From: an uncultured Methanoregulaceae archaeon
Lineage (GTDB): Archaea; Halobacteriota; Methanomicrobia; Methanomicrobiales; Methanospirillaceae
NCBI GenBank assembly: GCA_963701095.1
Contig: OY969564.1
Location: forward strand, 1,248,001-1,312,000
DNA: 64,000 nt
Direction: 5' to 3'
The notes beneath the pieces were generated by a model that did no database searches, was not told the origin of the DNA, and was given only the letters and a program-made list of their open reading frames with translations. The position numbers were made by a program, and so were the translations under genes. The first letter of the stretch is position 1. Each line of letters starts with the position of its first letter. Below, in pieces: positions 55,637-64,000 of the stretch.

Positions 55637-56579
55637 GGATCACGCCCCCCGTTCTCTGCAGGCCGGTCAGTTTGATGAAGACATCTTCGAGGCTCGGACC
55701 AAGCGTCGAGATACTGATCACCCGGAGATTCCGTGCCTTTGCATATTCCATCACGGATTCAATTACGGTTGCAGGATCTTCCGTATAAAGCCGGAACTTG
55801 TCTCCTTCCTTTACAGCATCGTTGACCATGGAAAGATTACGAACCTCGTCAAGCTGATGCAAAGATATATGATCAAAAGAAACCACAATCGACTGAACAC
55901 TCTGGATCGTTTTCTTAAGGCGCTCCGGGGCATCAATTGCGGCTATTGTACCCTTATTGATGATTGCTACCCGGTCGCAAATCATGTTCGCCTCCTCTAT
56001 ATTGTGCGTAGTCAGAAAAACGGTGACCCCTTCATGGATAAGACCTGTTATCACTTCCCGGATAATGAGATTGCTCTGGACGTCAAGACCTGATGTCGGT
56101 TCATCGAGAAAAAGAACCTGCGGGTTGTTCACGAGACCCATGGCGATGGTCAGCCGCCGTTTCATACCTTTGGAAAATCCATGTGCCTTGTCGTGACGCC
56201 GTTCATAGAGATCAAACGTGGTGAGGAGTTCTTTTGCTTTTTCCTCGCGTATATCCCGTCGCACATGGTAGAGTTCAGCAGAAAAGATCATGTTCTGCCA
56301 TGCGGTCAGGTCATCATAAACGTTGGAGGTTTCTGAGACAATCCCCATGGACTGGCGTGCTGCAATGGTATCTTTCTGTATATCATGACCAAAGATAGAT
56401 GCTGTTCCTGAGGTGGGGTTCGAGATTCCTGTAAGGATTCGAATCGTGGTTGTTTTTCCCGCACCGTTCGGGCCAAGGAAACCAAATGTTTCTCCCCTGT
56501 CAACCGAGAAGGTTACATCATTGAGCGCCGTTAGGGCGCCAAACTTCTTGGTCAGGTGCGAAACATCTATCGCATGCAT
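55623..56579 (-). CDS. ABC exporter ATP-binding protein (DrrA-like)
   Basis: GPNGAGKTT, FSKGMKRR, FLDEPTSGLD, TTH, SLEDVF. Confidence 0.93.
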   Translation of the reverse strand: MHAIDVSHLTKKFGALTALNDVTFSVDRGETFGFLGPNGAGKTTTIRILTGISNPTSGTASIFGHDIQKDTIAARQSMGIVSETSNVYDDLTAWQNMIFSAELYHVRRDIREEKAKELLTTFDLYERRHDKAHGFSKGMKRRLTIAMGLVNNPQVLFLDEPTSGLDVQSNLIIREVITGLIHEGVTVFLTTHNIEEANMICDRVAIINKGTIAAIDAPERLKKTIQSVQSIVVSFDHISLHQLDEVRNLSMVNDAVKEGDKFRLYTEDPATVIESVMEYAKARNLRVISISTLGPSLEDVFIKLTGLQRTGGVIHAID

Positions 56580-56775
56580 ATTATCCCAGATATGCATGCG
56601 AAACCCTTAAAGATCATCTATAATGGTTGCAAAAAACGGAATTCTTTCTTTCATTCTCAGGTTTCATAAGAATCCGTTCAGGATCATTTGGGCATTTTAT
56701 TTGAGCTGTGTGTCTCTTCCTTCTTTGCAATTTTTCCAGGTCGCGGTCGATCCTCATGAATCCCGTGATCGATAT

Positions 56776-56970
56776 TCAAATCCTTATTCTCCGGCCCGTG
56801 TGGGGATGATGACGGGGGGGAAGTTCCGCTTTTTTTTGGGCATGGTGAGGAGGATGAATCGCAGGAACTGCAACAGGATGGTGCTCATGGTCTTCCGCAT
56901 GGCGGTTTTTGTCCTGGCCTTTTGGGTAGTTTTTCCTGGATGCGGCGTCGGTCGCCCGTGTTGGTGACAT
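56776..56970 (-). CDS. putative 64-aa His/Pro-rich peptide
   Basis: ATG at 56970; 10 His in 64 aa; same strand as and upstream of the ABC exporter. Confidence 0.35.
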   Translation of the reverse strand: MSPTRATDAASRKNYPKGQDKNRHAEDHEHHPVAVPAIHPPHHAQKKAELPPRHHPHTGRRIRI

Positions 56971-57187
56971 ATTCAAGGATACAGAACTGCGGATAGATAA
57001 AACCATGCCAGTCAAGGAGCATAAACCGTAGATAATACTGGTGTTCTCTTCCTTTTACAAACCAAAATCCTTCTTATTCTTACCCAGCATAAAAGTCACC
57101 AGAACAAGTAATAACCGAGAACCGGATCTCGTGCAACCATGCGGTTCTTTGTGGCGCTTATTCTCACACAGGCTTATCCTACATACC

Positions 57188-57691
57188 ATGGAACCCGAAC
57201 AGGAACAACAAAAAATCGGCTCTGCAACTCATCCAGCTGATAATATCCAGAAATTCTTTATCCGGCCATTTTTCCTTACGCTTACCATAGGACTTCCTTT
57301 TTGCATCTTCAAAGGGCTCTTTGGTATCGCCGCCATCCGTGCCGGGACGCCATCCAATCATATTTTGGCAGGTTTTGGGTGGTTAGTGGTTATATGGGCG
57401 GTAACTGATTTTGTCATGAACACCGTGAGGGCTGGAGGGGACCTTATGCATATTCCTACTCCGTTGGAATACTGCACGCTTGCTGAGCTCGGACGTCTAC
57501 TACATCGCCCGATGGTTTTTCTTGCGGCGGATACCCTTCTTTCATTTTCCATCATCTGCGTTATGCTGTGGTCCGGGTGGATCATGCAATTAAAACAGGA
57601 AGAATCGTACTTGTGGTATGCGGCAACGACGCTTAATCTGATCAGCATCTCTCTTGTGTCACTCTATAACGAAGCAAAGAGAGCAACCTGA
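57188..57691 (+). CDS. hypothetical membrane protein
   Basis: about 4 TM segments from MEPEQ. Confidence 0.7.
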   Translation: MEPEQEQQKIGSATHPADNIQKFFIRPFFLTLTIGLPFCIFKGLFGIAAIRAGTPSNHILAGFGWLVVIWAVTDFVMNTVRAGGDLMHIPTPLEYCTLAELGRLLHRPMVFLAADTLLSFSIICVMLWSGWIMQLKQEESYLWYAATTLNLISISLVSLYNEAKRAT

Positions 57692-57743
57692 ATTCTTCTG
57701 TACCAAAAGATCTTAAAAGAGATCTTACCTGCGATTTGATTTT

Positions 57744-58574
57744 TCAAAATCCAATTTCGGGCATCTTGTCACCCGTAGTGACCGGACCATGAAGCAGGTA
57801 ATTAACGACCCGGTTCACGACTTCTTGACACTGGGGCAGGCGGATATGACAATACATTATGGGATCTTTTTCAAGCATCGCAGGATCCGCTGGGACAATA
57901 TCCAGAATAGCACCAGGCAGGACTGAATCGCTGTGAGGAACAATACCGTCCCCGGCATATGTCATGCCCCAGCTGCCATCAGGCCGCAATTCCCAGGTCT
58001 TTCCCTCAAAACAGGGAAAAAAAGAGGGAGATTGCGTGATATTTTCTGCGCAGACAAGCCGGTACTGAATATCAGACCGGATTCCGGCTTTACGAAGAGT
58101 GGCCATCGTCACACTATCTGGGCGACATGCCTGGACGATGACATCAGCGGCAGGATCAAAATTCCGGGGAACAAACGTTCCGCATAATCTCCCGGTAATG
58201 ACAGGGCCGAAAACCGGATCGCAGAAAAGTTCGGCAAGGGCCGAGCCGTTATTTGGCGGGCCAATTGCAATTAGTTGGCGTACTTGTTCATGCCGGGCGT
58301 GGCCATCGTTTACTTCAAGAAGGTAACGGGCGATGCAGGAACCTATGGAATGGCATACGATATCGACGCTGCCGGTATATTCATACTCTTTTCTTTTTGC
58401 AGCAATAAACTCCCCAAGGTTTTTGGCAATCTCTTCCATTGCAGACCCATCGAGTACCGTATAATCAAAAATCCAATAGGAAATCCTCGAATCGTCGAGC
58501 CGTTCCGTAAGCCGTTTCCATATTCCGGGATGACTCTTCCAACCATGGACAAGTATCACGGGTATCATGGGCAT
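57744..58574 (-). CDS. lipase-like alpha/beta hydrolase (PGAP1/lipase class)
   Basis: PVILVHG, CHSIG elbow, PNNGS, GDGIVP, C-terminal His. Confidence 0.85.
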   Translation of the reverse strand: MPMIPVILVHGWKSHPGIWKRLTERLDDSRISYWIFDYTVLDGSAMEEIAKNLGEFIAAKRKEYEYTGSVDIVCHSIGSCIARYLLEVNDGHARHEQVRQLIAIGPPNNGSALAELFCDPVFGPVITGRLCGTFVPRNFDPAADVIVQACRPDSVTMATLRKAGIRSDIQYRLVCAENITQSPSFFPCFEGKTWELRPDGSWGMTYAGDGIVPHSDSVLPGAILDIVPADPAMLEKDPIMYCHIRLPQCQEVVNRVVNYLLHGPVTTGDKMPEIGF

Positions 58575-58629
58575 GAATTCGTAAGGCTTAGTGAAGCATA
58601 GTTCTTGTGAAAAAGAAGCACGAAAAAAG

Positions 58630-59118
58630 TTATAAGGGAGAGTCGTCTCCGAGTGATTCCCGGCTCCTCATCTGGTAAAGCACCATCGGGTCCATTTCCT
58701 TATACTCTGAGGGAGTCGTCCTCATAACGACACGATTAATACCGCTGTTAACGATCATCTTGGAACACAGAAAACACGGCCAGATCTGCGTGAGTTCCCC
58801 CGTAGAAACTTCAAACCCGGCGAGATAGAGGGTACATCCTCGGGCTAGTTTCCCTGCCTGAAGCAACGCGTTCATTTCCGCATGCACACTTCTGCACCGT
58901 TCGTAGTTGGAACCGGAAGGGATATTATGCTCTTTTCTCCAGCAGTGTTTGAGTTCGGTGCAGTCCATCTGTTTACGGGGTGCCCCGGTATACCCCGTGG
59001 ATACGATAGTGTTGTATTCGTCGACAATTATTGCCCCGAAGTTGCGTCGCAGGCAGGTGCCCTGGTTTGCACACCGCTGTGCGAGATCAAGAAAATACTG
59101 GTGCCTGTTGGTTCGCAT
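58630..59118 (-). CDS. dCMP deaminase family protein (ComEB-like)
   Basis: STC-like TCLRR-x-x-GA-x-IV, TGY-x-G-x-P, HAEMNA, PC-x-x-C. Confidence 0.9.
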   Translation of the reverse strand: MRTNRHQYFLDLAQRCANQGTCLRRNFGAIIVDEYNTIVSTGYTGAPRKQMDCTELKHCWRKEHNIPSGSNYERCRSVHAEMNALLQAGKLARGCTLYLAGFEVSTGELTQIWPCFLCSKMIVNSGINRVVMRTTPSEYKEMDPMVLYQMRSRESLGDDSPL

Positions 59119-59173
59119 TCAAGGAAATATGACCTGCCCCGATATTAAAAGAGAGGGGTCATTGACTAAAATC

Positions 59174-59467
59174 TTATATAAATGGCAGAACCTGAACGGC
59201 TGAAAGATAGGCTATGCCGGAAATATGAATGATCAAAAATACCGGTACGAGGTAAAATTTTCTTTTCCTTGTTTTGTGACGGAATAGGTGCATCGCTGCA
59301 TACGCACCAAACGGCCCACATAATGCAGCCGCAATAAGAAGGCGTTCAGAAAGCCGCCACCTATCAGTGCTGGCAGTGTGCTTGTCATACGCGTACATAA
59401 GGAAAACTATGCTATTGACAAGAGTATAGCACACAAAAACGATAAGCACGAAAAAAACGGAGAGCAT
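59174..59467 (-). CDS. DUF1294 family membrane protein
   Basis: Y-x-x-DK-x-x-A...WR-x-SE-x-x-L...G-x-x-GA...FRHKT-x-K-x-x-F. Confidence 0.9.
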   Translation of the reverse strand: MLSVFFVLIVFVCYTLVNSIVFLMYAYDKHTASTDRWRLSERLLIAAALCGPFGAYAAMHLFRHKTRKRKFYLVPVFLIIHISGIAYLSAVQVLPFI

Positions 59468-59563
59468 GTAAATACCTGTTTGAGATGGTAGGATAAAGGA
59501 CTTAAAAAAGTGGAGAGTTTTTCACTTTCTCCCTGCACACCCTATTTCTTTAATACCCACAGG

Positions 59564-60785
59564 ATGGATCTTTCATACAATATGATCCTCGGTAAGGGGG
59601 CGTATCTCCGGCAAATGACCACTGCAACGTCGCAGATGAAGTCGGTAGAAGTGGGTAAGGAAATGACCGGCAGCTCCCCGCCATCGGTTTTTATCGGCAG
59701 TCTGGAATTACCCGGATGTTTTCGCCGGTCCTATGATAGCGCCGATCCATGGTGACACCGCGATCATGGATCGGCCTGAAGAATGGATTAGCAGCAAACT
59801 GACTCAGGAGGAGATCATAGGGTACCGGATGAACCTTGTCCGGGGTAAACACATGACCAACGCATGTGATGTTAGCAGCCGGTTTGTCGAAAAACTTCAG
59901 GAAATCGTCCTCGCTGACAGTTCTATCGAGAGCGAGGCTGCTTTTGAGAGTGCTCCTTCTGGTTTCACTTTTTCAGAAGAACACACCCCATTTGGCCCGA
60001 GTGGCTCTCTTGAAAATTTTGAAATCGAAGCAGGACGCTGGGATCCGTCACTCGAAAAAGTTTTTTATGATACCGACATGGCGGCCCGAAATGCCGTGCT
60101 TGATTTACACAGTTCGGGTCTTGCATTCTCTACAATCCAGAAGGCATTCTCTGCAGGGACAATGGGAAGAGGTCCCAAACGACGTCTTGTTCCAACACGG
60201 TGGTCGATAACCGCATGCGACACAATGATTGGAGACCAGCTCCTGTGTGAAGTGAAAAAATATCCGGTAATTGATACTATGCGACTTTATGAGTTCGCAA
60301 GCCTTCATAACAGGTACGCGGTTCTTCTGATGCCAACAAGCTGGCAGTATGAATGGACAGAAGCGTTCATTCACGTGCTTGGGAATGAGGAATATGTCTT
60401 TTCAGATCATGAAGGTCATAAAGGAAAGGAAGGGTATTCACCTCTTGGTGGGTGTTACTATTCATGCAAAATGGCTGTCCTTGAAGCGCTTGCCCGGGAA
60501 CACCATCAGGCCGGTGCTATTATCCTTCGTGAGGCATTGCCCGGTTATGTGCCCATGGGGGTATTTAATGTCCGTGAGAACGTCAGAAGTGCAATGCAGG
60601 AATCGTTCACCGAATTCGAAGATCTGAAATCTGTTCTTGGGCATGTTTCTGATACATTTACTCTTCCTGTTCAGCGGTTTATCACCGAGACGACACTTCT
60701 CAGGGAAAGCCTGAAACAGCGCCAATGCACCCTGAGTGATTTTTCGGGTTTTTCGGGAAAACATGGCGGTAAACCCGATGCCTGA
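59564..60785 (+). CDS. nreA: Nre family DNA repair protein; frameshift near 59702
   Basis: G-x-SPPSVFIG-x-x-x-YP-x-V, P-x-GPS, RRLVPTRWSITA-x-D, GGCYY, P-x-GV-x-x-VRE-x-VR, C-terminal PIP-like QCTLSDF. Confidence 0.88.
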
Positions 60786-60830
60786 GCAACAGGGAATGTC
60801 CCTTTATATTGCATACATTACGTTACAAAG

Positions 60831-61964
60831 ATGAGAGATCGCGGTATAATGGCTTTCGACGGGGAAAATACCCTTAATTCCCGGATTATACTCCATGCAG
60901 ACATGGACTGTTTCTATGCAGCCGTCGAAATGCATGACTACTCACAGTATGTGGGAAAACCAGTAGTTGTTGGTGCTGATCCTCAGGGTGGTACCGGCCG
61001 GGGCGTTGTTTCTACGTGCTCCTATGAGGCTCGAGAGTACGGTATCCGGTCTGCAATGCCGATATCTCAGGCATACAGACTCTGTCCTGACGCGGTCTTC
61101 CTGCGCCCCCGCATGGATCGTTATGCAGAGATATCTGAAGAGATCATGGACATCCTCAGATCTCCCGGGTTCCGGTTCGAACAGGTAAGCATCGATGAGG
61201 CCTTTTTAGACATGAGCTCAGCGGGCAGTTTTTCCCGTGCACAGAATGTTGCAGAGAACCTAAAAAAGGGGATTAATACCAGGTGCGGGATTACCTGTTC
61301 ACTGGGTCTTGCCCCAACAAAGATTGTTGCAAAAATAGCATCGGATTTCAAAAAACCCAATGGTTTCACCATCATCGAACCAGCTGGCGTTCCTTCATTC
61401 CTGGCACCTCTGCCAGTACGCAGGATCCCGGGGATCGGCAATAAGACAGAAAAAGAATTGCAGATTCTGGGAATACATACGATCGGCGATCTTGCCGCTT
61501 ATGATATTCAGGGTCTTCTCGGGCGTTTTGGACGAAATGCCGTTATACTGCACGAAGTGGCACGTGGTATTGATGGAAGCGAAGTTGTGGAACGTGACGG
61601 CATAAAATCTCTCTCAAAAGAGATGACTTTTGATAAAGATACTGATGAACCCGGTGAAATTATAACCGCATTGGAAGGTATGATCGGAGAATTAGGTATC
61701 TTCCTTGTCAGAGAAAACCTCTTTTTCAAAACAGTGACGATCAGAATTAGATCAGAAGGATTTGTGACAAAAACAAAAGCAAAAACCCTGATTCATTACC
61801 ATAAAGACGTGGAAACGATCCGGGAATGCGCACAAGAACTTCTCCGCGAACTCTTCAGGGGAGCGAAAATCCGTAGGCTTGGCCTGCGGCTTTCCGGATT
61901 GAAAAAACAGGACGCACGACAAAGGAAACTTTTTAGCCCGGATGACTCGGAACCCGGCGATTGA
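60831..61964 (+). CDS. dinB: Y-family DNA polymerase IV
   Basis: HADMDCFYAAVE, SYEAR-x-YG, SIDEAFLD, AKIASD-x-x-KPNG, IPGIG, R-x-LG. Confidence 0.94.
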   Translation: MRDRGIMAFDGENTLNSRIILHADMDCFYAAVEMHDYSQYVGKPVVVGADPQGGTGRGVVSTCSYEAREYGIRSAMPISQAYRLCPDAVFLRPRMDRYAEISEEIMDILRSPGFRFEQVSIDEAFLDMSSAGSFSRAQNVAENLKKGINTRCGITCSLGLAPTKIVAKIASDFKKPNGFTIIEPAGVPSFLAPLPVRRIPGIGNKTEKELQILGIHTIGDLAAYDIQGLLGRFGRNAVILHEVARGIDGSEVVERDGIKSLSKEMTFDKDTDEPGEIITALEGMIGELGIFLVRENLFFKTVTIRIRSEGFVTKTKAKTLIHYHKDVETIRECAQELLRELFRGAKIRRLGLRLSGLKKQDARQRKLFSPDDSEPGD

Positions 61965-62071
61965 CATCTCACTTCAAAACACTGGTTTTTATGTACGTGC
62001 AAGGGTGGGAAGTTGTGTGTATGGATATGTTAATTATTTGCAACGCCGTTTATATACATGGAGTTGTTGGC

Positions 62072-62419
62072 ATCACAGAAAATCCGAAAAAGAAAGGAGG
62101 CAGTAACGAAGTTGAGGGGGCTGACGGTTTCAATCCCGATGGTACCCCCTTTGTCCGGGTCAGGCTTCCCAAAAAATGGAATAATGAAATGTTTGGATCC
62201 GCTGACCTTATGATGGGCGCAAACCATATACGGGTGCGATGTTTCGATGGGGTCACCCGTATGGGACGGATTAAAGGCAAGATAAAAAAACGGGTCTGGA
62301 TACGAGAAGGAGATACCCTGATTATAGTCCCATGGAGTTTCCAGGACGATAAGTGTGATATTATCTACCGCTACCTTCCGCCTCAGGTTGACTGGCTGCG
62401 GAAAAACCGGTACCTGTAA
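62072..62419 (+). CDS. eif1A: translation initiation factor aIF-1A (start uncertain)
   Basis: RVRLP, G-x-x-H-x-x-VRC-x-DG-x-x-R-x-GRI-x-GK-x-KKRVWIREGD, PW-x-FQ-x-x-K-x-DI-x-YRY. Confidence 0.92.
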   Translation: MTENPKKKGGSNEVEGADGFNPDGTPFVRVRLPKKWNNEMFGSADLMMGANHIRVRCFDGVTRMGRIKGKIKKRVWIREGDTLIIVPWSFQDDKCDIIYRYLPPQVDWLRKNRYL

Positions 62420-62504
62420 TTCTTTCTTTTTGCTGTTTTTTAGTACCCTTGAGCCGATTGATGATTACAATCCGACCTGATGCTGGTTTAAAAAAGTGAT
62501 TCTA

Positions 62505-63572
62505 TTACATTGACCACGCACGTTCCCAAAGCATCACAAAAATCTCAAATGCAATAAGGAGGATCACTACCCATTCAAGGAAATTTGAGTGTTGGATCCT
62601 GACTTCGTCGGAGAGCATCGAATAATTCTCGCGGATCACTTTGATCTTCCTGCTGACACTTTCACTCCATTGACTACTACGGAGGATCTTGAGTGCAGCC
62701 GAATAAACACGGGCGTAATAAATATCTTCAGTCACCTTGATCAGGTTGTCGACTTTTTCGATCGTCTCCGAAATCTCCGCAGACGTCTTCATCTGGTGTT
62801 TCATAATTGAATGATACTGACGACTCCGGCTAAACCAGGAAAGCCGGTCCGCATGTTCAATATCATCATACATCCGGGCCATTTCTCGGGTAAGCTCGCG
62901 ATCATAATACCTTAGTTCGAGCACCTGCACATTAGCGAATTCGATAAGGTCTATAAGATCCGTTGGACTCTCAGGTCCGCATAAAAGGGCAGAATCCCAG
63001 GAAATTACCGCCAAATCCTCATCTGAATAACTAAGTGAATTCTTTATGATGTCTTCGCGTATCTGAGGTGATACACAGGTCCGGTCACCAAGAAGAAGAG
63101 GCACCGGGTCGATTGAGTCGTCCCGTCGGTCAGTAACATAAATGGTATAGTCTTCGTAGAAATCCGGGTCAATGGCAAAATTCTTGATATGGGGTTTGAT
63201 GATTTCGCCAAGCGTGGAAAGATACTGGAGGAAAAAGTCCGAAAGCCCCTCCTGACCGGCAAACAGGAACGCGAGATCCTCGAGCCTGTTGTGATCTGCC
63301 TCCGGGTTTTCATGAATAAAACAGAGGCTGATAACCCCGATATCGTATACCCGTGCGACCGCCGAAAACTCAAACGACCGTCCTTCCCTCTCCACCATGA
63401 TTGGCAGCATACGGATCAAAATCGGAGAAGATTCGATCATGATGGATTTGGGTTTGACCCGGACAAAACTCGTCCTGGCTGTAAAATAATTCCGGGCAAG
63501 GGACTTCTCGAGCCAGTCAATATCGATCTCCCGGCCGATGTCAAAGATGCGGTAAAACCGGAGTGATATCAT
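62505..63572 (-). CDS. RMD1/DUF155-like protein with a C-terminal TM segment
   Basis: C-terminal HS-x-x-LEW-x-x-I-x-LI-x-x-EI pattern; EFANVQ-x-LELRYYD; D-x-Y-x-ARVY. Confidence 0.7.
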   Translation of the reverse strand: MISLRFYRIFDIGREIDIDWLEKSLARNYFTARTSFVRVKPKSIMIESSPILIRMLPIMVEREGRSFEFSAVARVYDIGVISLCFIHENPEADHNRLEDLAFLFAGQEGLSDFFLQYLSTLGEIIKPHIKNFAIDPDFYEDYTIYVTDRRDDSIDPVPLLLGDRTCVSPQIREDIIKNSLSYSDEDLAVISWDSALLCGPESPTDLIDLIEFANVQVLELRYYDRELTREMARMYDDIEHADRLSWFSRSRQYHSIMKHQMKTSAEISETIEKVDNLIKVTEDIYYARVYSAALKILRSSQWSESVSRKIKVIRENYSMLSDEVRIQHSNFLEWVVILLIAFEIFVMLWERAWSM

Positions 63573-63763
63573 GCCTTGCGCCCCTTTGAAAAGATTCGCA
63601 CTATGGCTCTAGTATAGTGCCCGGAACACGATAAACCCTTATATCGTTAGTAACTCAAGAATTGATCTAGAAATTATCTCAATTCTTTATACATATTATT
63701 TCAATATGTTTAATGCGGGGTAATTTATATGCTGGCAGTGCAAACCAACGAAAGAGAGATTCA

Positions 63764-63976
63764 ATGAGTGCTGATTTTCTATCCATCGGAATGGTCACGG
63801 TTGTCGGACTCATGGCAGGTACTGCAATCGGCCTTTTTATCGGGTATCTTGCGAAGATCCAACGATCCCATTGGGCTGATATGACCGGACGCGAAAAAAC
63901 ACTCAATATGGCACTTATCCTAATCTGTTCTGTAATCTGCATTGCCGGACTTGCATGGCGTTTTCTCCTTCAATAA
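63764..63976 (+). CDS. small two-TM hypothetical protein
   Basis: MSADFLSIG...; two hydrophobic helices separated by a Q...W-x-x-MT-x-REK loop. Confidence 0.7.
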   Translation: MSADFLSIGMVTVVGLMAGTAIGLFIGYLAKIQRSHWADMTGREKTLNMALILICSVICIAGLAWRFLLQ

Positions 63977-64000
63977 CCAATTATCCTGCTTCGGGTTCTT

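Noticed and set aside
58630..59118. Deaminase as an anti-phage dCTP-depleting system
   Set aside because: Short stand-alone ComEB-type domain without the fused kinase-like domain of defensive deaminases; housekeeping context.

Overview
Chromosomal window from a methanogenic archaeon, most likely Methanomicrobiales (Methanoregula-like). This is inferred from methanogenesis marker protein 12, archaeal porCDAB, homodimer-type tRNA-splicing endonuclease, aIF-1A, Nre and PGF-CTERM-like surface proteins. Most of the window is housekeeping: apgM, porCDAB, tRNA-Val(TAC), nifB-type radical SAM, ahcY, hisF, pheS/pheT, trpS, endA, nfo, a DEAD-box helicase, nre/dinB and aIF-1A. Two accessory operons stand out. 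(1) A tightly coupled six-gene operon at 26.3-33.5 kb encodes an NrdG/PflA-type radical SAM activase with no glycyl-radical enzyme in the window, DUF1257 (Ycf35-like), a Ycf46-like AAA+ ATPase, a large WD40 protein, a divergent Hsp70-family protein and DUF2997. It is the best candidate for an uncharacterised system. (2) A complete TerY-P triad (vWA, PP2C, Ser/Thr kinase; like E. coli yegL/yegK/yegI) at 50.8-54.3 kb. A cluster of three lipobox-bearing lipolytic enzymes sits at the left end. About 20 single-base frameshifts, including one in essential trpS, point to indel errors in the assembly, so several genes below were rebuilt by hand across frames. All family calls come from motif recognition; no database search was run.
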